From positions 1 to 51,331 of IMG/VR virus record IMGVR_UViG_3300010206_000020: DNA of 51,331 bases; one strand, 5' to 3'. The translations under genes and the position numbers were made by a program. This document shows positions 9,922 through 20,618 of this stretch, piece by piece. The first letter of the stretch is position 1, and the number at the start of each line of letters is the position of its first letter. The notes below the pieces were generated by a model. That model saw only the letters and a program-made list of their open reading frames with translations, was not told the DNA's origin and ran no database searches. Source of the stretch: a virus (lineage: Duplodnaviria > Caudoviricetes).

Positions 9922-12006
9922 CTAGGACCCCTTTTCCCCGGCGAAATGAACCGCGGCCGCGCCGATCTTCTTGTACCCGGCACCGTTGCCCTTGAAGCGG
10001 AGCGAAATGTGGGTGCTGCGCGCCCCGTAGCCGACCCGCGGCAAGGCGTATGTGGTGCCGTCGATAACGGCCACCTTCTCGACCGCTTTCAGGTTCGTCG
10101 GGTCGAGAGCGGCGCTGACTGTCCACGAGCCGACGCAGGCGACGTCGATCGCGCTGAATACTTTATCCACAGCGGGCGTTTCGGCGTCGAGATACGGCGT
10201 CCACAGCTCCGGCTCGGTCGCGTCATATTGCGGCGTCGAGCCGAACCCGCCGTAGCTATAGATTTTGTCGCCCGAGCGCAGCACGACGTTCCGCTTGAAA
10301 ACCTGCGCGCTGTCGATCACCAGCGGTGCGCCGCCGGCGGTCGGTTTGTAGGTCGACCATGCGCTGATCTTCGATCCGGTGAAGAAGCTGAAAACGAAAA
10401 TCTCGTCGGCGAACACCAGCCAGAAACGGCCGTCCGACGGCTCGATCAAGCCGATAACTTCGCTGCGCTGCTTAGCCGTCAGCGCCCTCAATTTCGCGAC
10501 CACAAGCGGGTCGATCGGAATGCCGACGTCAGACGTCGAAGCCGCGTTCGACGCGTCGCGGGCGCGCAGCGATCGAACGCCACTTTCGTCGAGGAAGAAC
10601 AGGTCGTTGTCGCCGAACTGCGTGACGCTGCGCGGGCTGATCGTGCCCATGTTGTACAGCGCCTGCGCGGCCTTGTTGTTGGCCGGGTCGGGGTCGACGA
10701 ACCAGATTTGAATGACGCGGCTGGAAAAAACGACGATGTACTGCAGATACTTCGCGATCGCGAGCAGCGTTTCCGAACCGGCCGCCTCCGTCGACATATC
10801 GATAAAGCCGGCGCCGACGTTGCCCGTCGTGTTGAAGCCCGTCGGCGCTCTGACGCCCGAGAACACCAGGGACGAGGACGCCGCGACATACACTTTCGAG
10901 CCGACCGTCTTCGCGAACGTGCCGGACTGGTAGGCCCCGGCGCTGAGCGCCGCGCCGTTTGCGAGCACAATTCCGGACGAAGGCGTGACCACGAGGCCCC
11001 GCAAAACGCTGGTCACTACGGCGTAACCGTTCGCCGCCGCCCCGGGGCCCGCCGCCAGGATATTGACGCGCGAACCGACAGCCGTCGCCACGTACTCGGG
11101 GCTCGACGAGTAGCCGTTGATCGCCTCGGCGATGGCCTGCGCCGTGAGCGCGTTGCTGGTGCGCCAATCGACCGGCTCGCCGATGATCGAGACGCCGTTG
11201 ACCGTCAGATCGGACAGTTGCGACGGCAGCGGCCCCGCGCCGCCGGAAAGCGCGCCGACGCCGGACACGGCCGCGTCTCCCGTCACAGCGACGCTGATGG
11301 ACAGGCCGTTCGCCGTATCGTCGAACGCCGCGGACGAGATCAACACCGCGGCGCCGGTCGAGATCGCCGTGTAATCCGGGGCCGACGTGACGGCATTGAT
11401 GGCCGCTGCGATCGCGGCGGCCGTCGTGGTGTTGTTGCCGGTGTGCTGAACCGTCCCGACGTGCAGCGGAACGCCGTTGATCGACACCGAAAACCGATTG
11501 CCCGTGCCGGCCGATCCGCCGGCCACGGTGAATGAGCCGGTCGCGGGCGTCGCGGCTTGGATACCGCCGCCGACGACGCTGAACGACGCCCGCGCTCGAC
11601 CGTCCTGCCAATCTGAGATCCGGGCGCCGTCATAGAAGTGATAGATCGTGCCGTCGACGAACTCGCCGGCGGCGTAAATCTTGCCGGCGAAAAGGTCCGT
11701 CGACAGAACGCGATTGAGCGCCGTGGCGCCGTCCGGGTGCTGCAGCCGTTGATACGCGACGCCCTTTGGCATCGTCGGCGCAGCGTTGTGGCCGAACACC
11801 ACGAGCGACGTTGCGGACGCCGCGAGCCCGACGGTGGAGCCCGCCGGCAGGTTGTACTCCTCGACGAACTCGGCGCGCTGCTCGAACTCGCCGCCCCGGG
11901 TAATGTGGCCATCAACGGCGCGAATGGCACAGCCGCCCGGCAACAGCTCCGGCATCCGGCGCGCGTCGAGCCCGCCCTTGAAATCGCGCAGCCAGATCGT
12001 GCTCAT
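9922..12006 (-). CDS. Tail nozzle / packaged-DNA stabilisation protein
   Basis: Starts MSTIWLRDFKGGLD; beta-rich, ~690 aa; follows the adaptor gene with an ATGA overlap. Confidence 0.7.
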   Translation of the reverse strand: MSTIWLRDFKGGLDARRMPELLPGGCAIRAVDGHITRGGEFEQRAEFVEEYNLPAGSTVGLAASATSLVVFGHNAAPTMPKGVAYQRLQHPDGATALNRVLSTDLFAGKIYAAGEFVDGTIYHFYDGARISDWQDGRARASFSVVGGGIQAATPATGSFTVAGGSAGTGNRFSVSINGVPLHVGTVQHTGNNTTTAAAIAAAINAVTSAPDYTAISTGAAVLISSAAFDDTANGLSISVAVTGDAAVSGVGALSGGAGPLPSQLSDLTVNGVSIIGEPVDWRTSNALTAQAIAEAINGYSSSPEYVATAVGSRVNILAAGPGAAANGYAVVTSVLRGLVVTPSSGIVLANGAALSAGAYQSGTFAKTVGSKVYVAASSSLVFSGVRAPTGFNTTGNVGAGFIDMSTEAAGSETLLAIAKYLQYIVVFSSRVIQIWFVDPDPANNKAAQALYNMGTISPRSVTQFGDNDLFFLDESGVRSLRARDASNAASTSDVGIPIDPLVVAKLRALTAKQRSEVIGLIEPSDGRFWLVFADEIFVFSFFTGSKISAWSTYKPTAGGAPLVIDSAQVFKRNVVLRSGDKIYSYGGFGSTPQYDATEPELWTPYLDAETPAVDKVFSAIDVACVGSWTVSAALDPTNLKAVEKVAVIDGTTYALPRVGYGARSTHISLRFKGNGAGYKKIGAAAVHFAGEKGS

Positions 12007-12710
12007 GCGTTGCTCGGCGGCCTGTACTGGCCAACGCACAGCCTGGCCGAGGCGCGCGTCCGTTCGATACCGAACATCTTGAACTCACGCCGCGGCGTCA
12101 GCTCGCCCTTAAGGCGCGCGAGCCGGCGGTTCGCCATGTTCAGCTTGACTTTCCCCTCGGTCGTTTCGCCGAGATACTTGGCCGCCGCGTACAGGTAAAT
12201 CAGCTGGTCGTCGATATCGCAGCGGTCGCCCGCCGCAACGAGCGGCCGCAGCGGCCGAATACCGATCACCTTGATATACGCGTTCTGCGTCGCCGGGTCG
12301 CCGTTGGCGTCCGGAACCGGCCAGATTTCGATCTGCTCGCCCTCGTAAATGCGCCAGCGGCGCGCGGGCGACGCGCGTTGGTCGAGCGAACTGTCATGCG
12401 CCGCGTAATGTTGAGCGGCGATCCCCGCAGTGAGCGGTTTCCAACGACCGTCGATCTTCGTCTCGATCCGCTCGATCCGATCAATCAGCATGTCGGTCTT
12501 GACGTCATACAGGCGCTGACCGGCTTGCAGCCGATAGACGCGTTCGATCCGCAGGTGCGGCCAGGTGAAGTCTTCCCAAAGCCATTCTTGGGTGGTCTGC
12601 AGCAGCGCGACTTGCTGATCGCGCGCACCGGCATTGTGCGCGGCGTTACCTGACGCCTTGATCTCGACGCGGTACTTATCGAGCAGCTTCGCCAGAGTAA
12701 CGTCGCGCAT
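12003..12710 (-). CDS. Head-tail adaptor (tail tubular protein A-like)
   Basis: LWEDFTWPHL and EIWPVPD motifs; lies between head and nozzle genes. Confidence 0.65.
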   Translation of the reverse strand: MRDVTLAKLLDKYRVEIKASGNAAHNAGARDQQVALLQTTQEWLWEDFTWPHLRIERVYRLQAGQRLYDVKTDMLIDRIERIETKIDGRWKPLTAGIAAQHYAAHDSSLDQRASPARRWRIYEGEQIEIWPVPDANGDPATQNAYIKVIGIRPLRPLVAAGDRCDIDDQLIYLYAAAKYLGETTEGKVKLNMANRRLARLKGELTPRREFKMFGIERTRASARLCVGQYRPPSNA

Positions 12711-12723
12711 TGGTCAGCCGTCC

Positions 12724-13377
12724 TTAGTCGTCCAGCAAGCTCGTCTTCTTCGAAGCCGGCGCCGCGGGCTTCGCGGCGGGCTTCGCGGCAGGCTTGGCCG
12801 AAGGCTTCGCAGCGGACTTGGCCGCGGGCTTCGCGGCCGCCGGCGCCGGCGGATTGCCGTTGCTCTGGCTGACGACGGTCGACTGGTTGGTGCCCTCGTT
12901 CGGCTCGCCCCCGGCGAAATCGGGATCGCCGCTGCCGTCGGCGTGCTCGTCGTCCATGTCGCCGAGGCCTTCGTCCTCGTCCTCGTTGTCGTCCTCGCCG
13001 GCGGAGCCCGTCAGCGCTTGCGCCTGCGCGCGCGGGCTGATCGGGTCGCCGATGCGCGCTCGCGACGTCGGCTTGAAAAAGCTCTCGTCGAGGTCCAGCT
13101 CGTCGAGCTTTTCGAAGACGCGCGCGGCGACGCCCGGAAACAGGCTCTCGACGACGAGCTTGTTCTCGCCGAACTTGGCGTGGCCATAGACGCCAACCAG
13201 GCGCTGCCGCTCCTCACGGTTCGAGCGCTTGACCTCCCCGGCGGGCTCGACGTCCTTGACGGCGGCCTCCCCGTGGATCATGCGCAGCACGGCGATTTCC
13301 GCGGCGGTGACGCCGAATTTCTGAATGGTGTTGCCGTCGTCTCCGCCGAGCGACAACGTGATGTTCGCGGTTTCCAT
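12724..13377 (-). CDS. Head-region protein with an acidic patch and PAAK-repeat tail
   Basis: EDDNEDEDE tract followed by AAKP/AAKS repeats; GGAG RBS. Confidence 0.7.
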   Translation of the reverse strand: METANITLSLGGDDGNTIQKFGVTAAEIAVLRMIHGEAAVKDVEPAGEVKRSNREERQRLVGVYGHAKFGENKLVVESLFPGVAARVFEKLDELDLDESFFKPTSRARIGDPISPRAQAQALTGSAGEDDNEDEDEGLGDMDDEHADGSGDPDFAGGEPNEGTNQSTVVSQSNGNPPAPAAAKPAAKSAAKPSAKPAAKPAAKPAAPASKKTSLLDD

Positions 13378-13400
13378 GTAACCTTCTCCCTCGCGTGAAA

Positions 13401-13423
13401 GGCTTCGCGGCGAGGCCGAAGCC
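13401..13423 (-). terminator. Hairpin after the capsid decoration gene
   Basis: GGCTTCG...CGAAGCC stem followed by TTT on the minus strand. Confidence 0.4.
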
Positions 13424-13437
13424 CCGCCGCACGCCGC

Positions 13438-14106
13438 TTACCAGTTCTGGCCCTGATCGAGCCGGATACGAATGAACGCAGTGCCCTCGCCTTCCACGAA
13501 GGCCGTGACGCTCGACGCCTCGATCGACAGCCGGCTCGTCGGCGTCAGCTTGTTGTTGGCCGTGATCGGCGTGCCGACGATCACCTTGCCCAGCGGGGTC
13601 GCCGCGGCTGAGGTGAGCGCGATCACGCCGCCGGTGACGTCGGTGGTGTCGATCTCCAGATTGAGTGTGGCCGCCTTGGACGCGGTGGTGACGGGGTCGG
13701 TCATCACGATCGCGAAGCTTTCGATGTTGCCGAACACGCCGGGCTGATATTCGGTCAGAACGTCGCCGTTCGCCACGCGAGCCAGCTTGATCGGGAGCTG
13801 CAGCGTGATCACCTGATTGCCGGACTGCTGCGCGGCGTTCAGCGCGATCTTGGTGCCCGCCGGCCAGGTGTAGCCGCTCTGGTTGGTGATCGTGATCAGC
13901 GACGCGCCGAACGACACCGACACGCCCGAGCCGGCGGCCAGCTTGTCGTTGTCGTTCAGCATCACGTAATGGCCGGCGCTGTTGGCGTTGCCGCCGCTGA
14001 ACGTGTACTGCGTCGTGCCGCCCGGATACGGGACGTCGACGGTGCCGTTGTTCGCGACAGCGCTCGCGAGCACCGCCGAGATCGTGGAAGATCGGTTCGA
14101 AGGCAT
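13438..14106 (-). CDS. Putative capsid decoration/cement protein
   Basis: Beta-rich, Thr/Ser/Gly-rich, 222 aa, directly after the capsid gene. Confidence 0.55.
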   Translation of the reverse strand: MPSNRSSTISAVLASAVANNGTVDVPYPGGTTQYTFSGGNANSAGHYVMLNDNDKLAAGSGVSVSFGASLITITNQSGYTWPAGTKIALNAAQQSGNQVITLQLPIKLARVANGDVLTEYQPGVFGNIESFAIVMTDPVTTASKAATLNLEIDTTDVTGGVIALTSAAATPLGKVIVGTPITANNKLTPTSRLSIEASSVTAFVEGEGTAFIRIRLDQGQNW

Positions 14107-14177
14107 TGGACTGTTCCTTGCGTGATTGAGCGAAACGCGGGCGGCGGGCGCGTCGGCGCCCGCCGTATCACAGCGTC

Positions 14178-15257
14178 TTAAGCGATGTCATACACCGCGG
14201 ACGTGCTGAGCTGCTTGGCGGTCAGCACGCACGTCGTCGAGATGCCGTTGTACATCACCATGCGGTCGAACGGCCGCGCCGGGCGGTGCTTGCTCATACG
14301 CTTGCCGTTCAGGTACAGCAGCCGCAGCCCCGTCTTGCTCATGTCGAGCACATAGAGCCGCTTCGACAGGCCGATGTCGTCCATCGTCGGGTCCCACTCG
14401 ATCGGGTTGCCCTTCCACTTCACATCGCCCTGCCCGCCGTCGACGTCGCCTTTCAGACCGTTCATGGTGTAGAAGCCGTTCGCCCGCATTTCCTTGCGAT
14501 AGGCCGCAATGAAGTCCGAGCCGGCGAACAGCCGATAGCGGGTCGAGCCCTTGCGGTACTTCGACAGCTGCAGCCATTCCTTTTCCAGAAACTCGATCAG
14601 CGCGCCGCCGTTGGCGGTGTTCGAGGTAATCGCGCCCTGCCCGCCGGCGACCCCGAACGCCGCGGTCGCCGCGCGATTGCGCCACCACGGGTTGGCGACA
14701 CGAGACAGGTTGCCGGTCATGCCGGCAGACGGCACGTCGACCACGATGGACGCGACACCGGCGACGGCCTTCGCGTCGGTCGAGCCGTCGGAGTGCAGCA
14801 AGCGATCGAGGCTGAATGCGTAGTCCTCGCCGAGATCGTCGAGCTTCTCGTCGAGCAGGTTCGCCAGGACGTGGTCCTCGCGGCCTTCGATCGCGTTGGT
14901 GGTCTGCTCGGCGCCGTCCTCGACGACTTCGATACCGTCGGTCTTCAACTCGGTATGCGTGACTTGAATACCGATGAAGTGTTCCTTCCACGGGTAGCGA
15001 GCCCGCTTCGTGCCGGTGGGGTTGTAGTAGTTCAGCTGGTCGTCGCCGCTGTAGCCGGCCAGCGATCCGCCGCCCTGCCCGGACTTCACGCCGAGGCTGA
15101 CATAGTCCTTGCCGCCGGTGAACTTCCCGGCGGTGGCGTTGAACGCTTGAAGCATCGGCTTGTTGGCGACGTTCTGTTTCCAGACCTTGCCCTTGTCGAT
15201 GTATTCTTCAAGCGCCGAGTTGTTGATATTCGCGATTTCGTCTGCAGTGAACGGCAT
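14178..15257 (-). CDS. Major capsid protein
   Basis: 359 aa, follows portal and scaffold; NPWWRN and KGNPIEWDPTMDD motifs typical of podovirus capsids. Confidence 0.8.
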   Translation of the reverse strand: MPFTADEIANINNSALEEYIDKGKVWKQNVANKPMLQAFNATAGKFTGGKDYVSLGVKSGQGGGSLAGYSGDDQLNYYNPTGTKRARYPWKEHFIGIQVTHTELKTDGIEVVEDGAEQTTNAIEGREDHVLANLLDEKLDDLGEDYAFSLDRLLHSDGSTDAKAVAGVASIVVDVPSAGMTGNLSRVANPWWRNRAATAAFGVAGGQGAITSNTANGGALIEFLEKEWLQLSKYRKGSTRYRLFAGSDFIAAYRKEMRANGFYTMNGLKGDVDGGQGDVKWKGNPIEWDPTMDDIGLSKRLYVLDMSKTGLRLLYLNGKRMSKHRPARPFDRMVMYNGISTTCVLTAKQLSTSAVYDIA

Positions 15258-15274
15258 CGTTCCTGTACCCTGAT

Positions 15275-16258
15275 TTAGTTCGCGCCTCGCCGATGCGCTC
15301 GCACGATATCGAGCGTCGATTTCGGTGCCGGGCGAACGTTCCCAGCTTTCACTCCGCCGGTCACAGGGCGCGTCGCAGGCTTCTGCTGTTGCTGGGCCGG
15401 GGCTGCAGCCTTGAACACCGCGTTGATAGCGTCGTAGGCCTTTTTGAGCTGGGCCTTAACGCCTTCGGCGTCCTTCGGTACACCTTCGGTCCTCTGCAGA
15501 AACGCCACCTCCCTGAACAAAGCGGGCTTCTTCGCAGCGAAATTCGGGTCCTTCGTGGCGCGATCCGCCTCCCAGGTATCAGCTGCCGACTGCAAGCTTT
15601 TGACGCGCTCGGCGTCGCTGTCTCGCTGCTGGCGCTGCTGATCGAAGCTCTGGCGCGTCTCGTACGATTTCGACTTCGCACGCTCGCGGCTGAACTCCAA
15701 CGCGATATCGGGCGTCAATTCACCCTTCTCGACACGCGCTTGAAGATCGGCCGGCAGGACTTCACCTGCCGCAACCAGAAGCTCCTGCAGCCACGGTTTC
15801 AGCTCCGCGAACGCGCCGGCCGGGTCGTGCTTCGCACGAGCGAAGGTGGCGAGCGCATTGGCGGCTTCCTCGGCGGAAAGGCTGTTCGCAGCGAGATAGT
15901 TTTCAATGTTCTGATACCGAACATGACCTTCTCGATACGAATTCTTCTCCGCGACCAGAGCCTGAAAACGGGGGTGCTTGTTGAACGGGACGTCTGAATA
16001 GTCGTCCTGTCCTTGGGCGGCGGCCGCGCCCGGATCGGCTCCGGTATCGCTGCCATCGGCTGACGAGGCCTGATCCTGCTCGCTCCGCTCGTCGACCACG
16101 TCGCGGACGACGTCGAGAAGGGCAGCATCATCGTCGGCCGCGCTGGACGAAGTCGCGGTTGCTTCCGTGCCGTCCTCGTTCGAGGTGGCGTCGGCGTCCT
16201 GCTGGCTGGTGGACGAACCCAGCTCCTCGTCGTCGTCCGTGAGGTTCGTGATAGCCAT
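15275..16258 (-). CDS. Scaffolding protein
   Basis: Acidic disordered N-terminus, VPFNKHPRFQ motif, coiled coils; lies between portal and capsid. Confidence 0.75.
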   Translation of the reverse strand: MAITNLTDDDEELGSSTSQQDADATSNEDGTEATATSSSAADDDAALLDVVRDVVDERSEQDQASSADGSDTGADPGAAAAQGQDDYSDVPFNKHPRFQALVAEKNSYREGHVRYQNIENYLAANSLSAEEAANALATFARAKHDPAGAFAELKPWLQELLVAAGEVLPADLQARVEKGELTPDIALEFSRERAKSKSYETRQSFDQQRQQRDSDAERVKSLQSAADTWEADRATKDPNFAAKKPALFREVAFLQRTEGVPKDAEGVKAQLKKAYDAINAVFKAAAPAQQQQKPATRPVTGGVKAGNVRPAPKSTLDIVRAHRRGAN

Positions 16259-16330
16259 TGATCCCTCTGATTTGGCGGAACACTTGTAACGCAGGTGTGG
16301 CCGTGTATCAAGTCACTGCATACAATCCAG

Positions 16331-18571
16331 TCATTCCCGGTTGTCCCCCATCGGCGCGTCGCTCCCCGGCGGCCGGTCCGCCGGCCCTTTCGGGGCGTTG
16401 GCCCCGCCGTGCGGCCCCTGCGCGCTCGGATCGTTCGGCGAGCCGGCCGCGCCGGGCTGTGGGTTCTGGTTCATGGTGGCGATCGACGGCAGGCCCTCGA
16501 CCAACGCCTCGGTCAGATCCATGCGGTCGTCGAGCCGCCGCAGTGTTTCCTTCGCCAGCCAGATCGGGTTGATCGAACCGAGCTGGATCAGCAGCGGCAG
16601 CATTTCCCGCCAGTTCTTGACCTCGATCGCCTGGTTCGGCTTACCCATCGATCCGGCTTCGATATCGAGATAGATTTCGCCGGCGATGTCCGCGAGCGTC
16701 ATCTGCGGCCACAGCGCCCCGGGGCCAACGATCTGCTTGACTTGTTCCTCGGACATTTCCCGGAGCAAAATCTGCCCGGCGGCGCGAGCCAGCGTCGCCA
16801 TGAACGCGTCGAGGTCGTCAACGCTCGAACCGTCGGCCGTGTTCGTGCTGCCCGCGGCGATCGCCGCCTCGGTCGCGCTCGAACTCGACGTGCCGCCGAG
16901 CTGCGCCTCTTGAGCGCCGACGACGAGTTGCGCGTCGCCGAACGTCTCTCCGGTGTCGTACAGGTTCGGGTCGACGCCGGGAACCGGCATCGCCTGTAGG
17001 ACCTTCGAAATGTCGGTACCCGGGTCCATGTTGAGCCCGATCGCGTCGTAAGGCTTCATTTTGCTGATACGGTCGACGTCTTCTTCTTCGAAGGCGCCGT
17101 TCGGGAAAACCCATCGCGGCCGACGCGCCTCGCGGTGCTCCCGCTTACCTTGGCGCGAGCGGTTGTGCTCGTTGACCATGTCGCGCAGCAGATAGACGTC
17201 GCTCGGCGGGAACAGCTCGTCCTCGTTCTCGCACTCGTTGAACGTCAGCGCGTACACCGGCCAAAAGTCTTCAACGTAGGCGTCCGGCGCCGCCGGCTCG
17301 CGCAGGAAACGGTCGACGCCGTCAGCGACGAAATAGACGAGGCCGCTCAGCTTGTCGTAGCGCTTCCACACGCGCACCAAGCCTTCCGACGTATCAACCT
17401 TCACGTCGTCGCCATCCTCGTCGAAAACGTCGCCCCCGAAGTTGCCGTAGGCCTTGCCGTCGACGGTGTAGGGCGTGAATTTCTTGAAGTCGAAGTCGAA
17501 CAGCTCACGCGCCTCGTCCGGCGTGTAGTCGTATTCGATCGTGATATGCCGAGCGCCGATAAAGCCAACCAGCGTCTTGCACAGCTGATCGGGGATTACT
17601 TTCGTCGAGCGCGGGTAGTCGAAGATCAGGCCCTCACGAATGACGATCTCGGGTTCGTTCTGCAGCGCTTCCACCGACGCCGTCAGCTCGGCCATTTCGG
17701 CGTCGGTGCTCTCAATGTCTCCCTCGGCGACGCGCTCCGCGAGCGCCCGAAGGTGGTCGAGCCGCGCGCGGGCGTCAGCCAGGCGCTCGGCGATCCCCGG
17801 GCGCGGTCCGTACTCGCGCTGAAACCCCAGTTCGACGTACCCGACGCCGGTCGTCGCGGTGCGCCGTACCAGCTGCTTGGCGCCCGTCTTGAAGTCGACC
17901 GGCTTCTGCTCTTTCAGCGCCTTGGCGTAGAGAATTTCGAGCGTCTTGCCGATCCGGTCGAGCTGCTTGCGCCGCTCCATCCCCTGTTGGAAGTCGTTCA
18001 GCAGTTCATTGGCCTGCACCGCCTCGGGCGGCGGCTGGTAGGGCGCAAGCGGCGAGCCACCGTTATGGCCCATCAGCGCGGCGCCGATCGGGTCCTGCGC
18101 GACACTCGCGGCGGCTTGCGCCTGCATCTGCGCGTGCGCCTGCGCCGCAACCTGCGCCTGCTGCATCAACTGGATCGCTTGCGCCAGGCTCTCGGGGTTC
18201 TCGTCCCACACCGCGAACTCCAAACGCTCGGCGCGCTTCGCCGTCGCCTTCGGGTTCTTGGCGTACAGCGTCGCCGTCTTCTGCTTGACGTGCCGACCGG
18301 CGATATTGGCCTTGTAGTTGTCCTCGCTCCAATTTTCGTCGCGGCCCCACATAGCGACGAACATATCGCGCTTCATCCGCTTGAACGCCGGCGCGTGCTT
18401 GGCCTTGTCCGATTTGATGCTGCGCAGGATCTTGCTGACAAGCGCGCGCTCGCTCTCCTCGGGCTGCTTGTCGTCGGCGTCCTGTTTCTCGCCCGCAGCG
18501 GCGTCGCCGACGAAATCGGTGTCCTCCGGCACGGCGTTTGTCAGTTCGAGCGGTGCATCCAGCAAAGACAT
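16331..18571 (-). CDS. Portal protein
   Basis: 746 aa directly after TerL; SATEAAI motif, helical composition, Pro/Gln-rich tail. Confidence 0.8.
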   Translation of the reverse strand: MSLLDAPLELTNAVPEDTDFVGDAAAGEKQDADDKQPEESERALVSKILRSIKSDKAKHAPAFKRMKRDMFVAMWGRDENWSEDNYKANIAGRHVKQKTATLYAKNPKATAKRAERLEFAVWDENPESLAQAIQLMQQAQVAAQAHAQMQAQAAASVAQDPIGAALMGHNGGSPLAPYQPPPEAVQANELLNDFQQGMERRKQLDRIGKTLEILYAKALKEQKPVDFKTGAKQLVRRTATTGVGYVELGFQREYGPRPGIAERLADARARLDHLRALAERVAEGDIESTDAEMAELTASVEALQNEPEIVIREGLIFDYPRSTKVIPDQLCKTLVGFIGARHITIEYDYTPDEARELFDFDFKKFTPYTVDGKAYGNFGGDVFDEDGDDVKVDTSEGLVRVWKRYDKLSGLVYFVADGVDRFLREPAAPDAYVEDFWPVYALTFNECENEDELFPPSDVYLLRDMVNEHNRSRQGKREHREARRPRWVFPNGAFEEEDVDRISKMKPYDAIGLNMDPGTDISKVLQAMPVPGVDPNLYDTGETFGDAQLVVGAQEAQLGGTSSSSATEAAIAAGSTNTADGSSVDDLDAFMATLARAAGQILLREMSEEQVKQIVGPGALWPQMTLADIAGEIYLDIEAGSMGKPNQAIEVKNWREMLPLLIQLGSINPIWLAKETLRRLDDRMDLTEALVEGLPSIATMNQNPQPGAAGSPNDPSAQGPHGGANAPKGPADRPPGSDAPMGDNRE

Positions 18572-20203
18572 TTAGAAACCTCCGGCAGCTTTCTCGGCGG
18601 CGCGCTCAGCTGACCATTTATCGTTCTTCTTCATCCACGCCAGCGTCCCAAACGCCGGCCCCGCAGTCTTCTTCGGCGCCGCGTTGGCTCTAACCATCGT
18701 CTGCAGCAGCCGGCCGAAGATGCCGAGCGTGTCCGGCCACTCGTCGTGCAAGCCGTTCGGGAACGCGAGCAGCTCGTTAATGGCGCGCTCAACCCACGGC
18801 TTGCCTTTCGGCCAGAACACCTTGCCCATCGCAAAACGGCCGATGATCGGTTGCGCCCGAGCGACCTTGTCGCCGATCATCGGCAGCTCGCGCATGTTGA
18901 TATACGCCTCGCGCTCGTACATGCGCTTGCGCAGGAACGGCCCAATAGACTTGGTGATATGGTCGCGCTCAGCGCCCCACAGGATCGGCTTGTGGATCTG
19001 CGCCATGTCTAGCATGGCTTCAACTACGCGGTCGGTCGGTTGCTTCCGCCAGTAGCAATCGAGAATATACAGATTGCTCTGCGCGTCGACACCGGCGGCG
19101 ACGAGCAGCGAAGGGTCATTCCGCTCTTTGGCTTCCAGCGCGTGGTCCGAAGCGCAATAGACCCGCAGATTGTCGGGCGTGTCGTCGTAGTAGTTGACGT
19201 TCTCGCGCTTAAACAAATCGCCGTCGAGCGCGGACGGCCGCCCCTGGTACAGCGCCGCGAAGCCGGTCGGGTCGAGCGCCTGCATTTCCTTGAGATAGGT
19301 CAGGTCGAATTTGTCCGGGCCGTCCGGCCACAGCGGTTGCCCCGGCTTTCGACCGAGCGGGTCGTTCTCCTCGGCGATCGCTGCCATTTTGATGATCTTG
19401 ATACGCTTGGCGATCTCACGGTTGAAATACGGGTTCTCCGGGTCGGTCAGCCGCCCGATCGGGTCGTCGGCGTGCCAACGCGTGAACGTCATGATCACGA
19501 GCTTGCGGCCCTGCCGCCGAGTTAGCGCGACGCGCGTCAGCCAGTTCCAAGCCTGATCGCGGATCGCCTGGCTGGCCGCTTCCTTGTCATCCTTGATCAG
19601 GTCGTCGACGATCAGAAGATGCGCGCCGCGCCCGGTCAGTGCGCCGCCGCGGCCGACGAAGAACAGCAACCCGCCTTTCGTCGTTTTCAGCCGGTCTTTG
19701 GCCCCGCCGCCGCGCACGAGCCGCACCTCGGGGAATACCTGCTTGTAGGTGGGGCTGTGCATGATCGCGCGGACGTTGTCGCCGAAGTCCGCGGCAAACT
19801 CGTCGCTGTAGGTTGCGACTACGACGTTCTGATCCGGGAAACGCCCCGCGAACCACGCCGGCAGCTTGCGCGACACCTGTTCGGACTTGCCGTGCCGCGG
19901 CGGCTCGATCAGGATCAGGAACTCGATTTTCCCCTTCACCACTTCTTCGATCACGCGTGCGGTCGCGTCGTGGTGGCGAGCGTTCTTGTAGCTCGATCGG
20001 TCGGGGTCGTTCGGCGCTTCCGGATCGGGCGAGGTGTACTTGATGAACGGCATGAACCGCTCGCGAGCCTCGCGCGCCATCGCCTCGCGCCGCAGCAGCG
20101 CGACTTGCTGCGCGAGCTGCGAAACGCCGTCGTCCTTTTTGTTCGGATCGACGAACCCATAGCGCTTCCCCGTCATCGGGTTGATGCTAGTCGCGCGAGG
20201 CAT
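18572..20203 (-). CDS. terL: Terminase large subunit
   Basis: Walker A PPRHGKS, Walker B LLIVDD, YQGRP, nuclease motif FPNGLHDEWPD. Confidence 0.93.
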   Translation of the reverse strand: MPRATSINPMTGKRYGFVDPNKKDDGVSQLAQQVALLRREAMAREARERFMPFIKYTSPDPEAPNDPDRSSYKNARHHDATARVIEEVVKGKIEFLILIEPPRHGKSEQVSRKLPAWFAGRFPDQNVVVATYSDEFAADFGDNVRAIMHSPTYKQVFPEVRLVRGGGAKDRLKTTKGGLLFFVGRGGALTGRGAHLLIVDDLIKDDKEAASQAIRDQAWNWLTRVALTRRQGRKLVIMTFTRWHADDPIGRLTDPENPYFNREIAKRIKIIKMAAIAEENDPLGRKPGQPLWPDGPDKFDLTYLKEMQALDPTGFAALYQGRPSALDGDLFKRENVNYYDDTPDNLRVYCASDHALEAKERNDPSLLVAAGVDAQSNLYILDCYWRKQPTDRVVEAMLDMAQIHKPILWGAERDHITKSIGPFLRKRMYEREAYINMRELPMIGDKVARAQPIIGRFAMGKVFWPKGKPWVERAINELLAFPNGLHDEWPDTLGIFGRLLQTMVRANAAPKKTAGPAFGTLAWMKKNDKWSAERAAEKAAGGF

Positions 20204-20615
20204 TCGACGTCTTCTCCATGCGTTCCATGATGCGATCGAAACGCTGATCGATACGGTTGCCGAGCGCATCCATGCCGCGTTCGAGCCGCGTTACGACAAG
20301 CTCGAAACTACCCTTTCTGACAAACTCGTCGCGCGACCACGTCTCGAAATCCTGCACCTTCTGCCGGATCGCCGACGCAACCTCGCCGAACTCGCGCCGC
20401 GTCGTGTCGATCTTGTCGTCACGCTCGCGCTTGGCCGCGTCTATCTTCTCCGCGTGGTCCTCTTTCACTTCCTGAACCGCGGCCATGAAGTCTTTCCGGA
20501 TCTCCACTTCCGATGCCGACACAGCGCGCGTGATCTTCACCACCGCCGTAATGACGGTGGCGATCAGACCAACCACGGCGACGATCAGCATGATGGTCTG
20601 ATATTCTACGGCCAC
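20187..20615 (-). CDS. Membrane-anchored coiled-coil protein (lysis cassette)
   Basis: N-terminal TM segment then a charged coiled coil. Confidence 0.6.
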   Translation of the reverse strand: MAVEYQTIMLIVAVVGLIATVITAVVKITRAVSASEVEIRKDFMAAVQEVKEDHAEKIDAAKRERDDKIDTTRREFGEVASAIRQKVQDFETWSRDEFVRKGSFELVVTRLERGMDALGNRIDQRFDRIMERMEKTSNASRD

Positions 20616-20618
20616 CGC

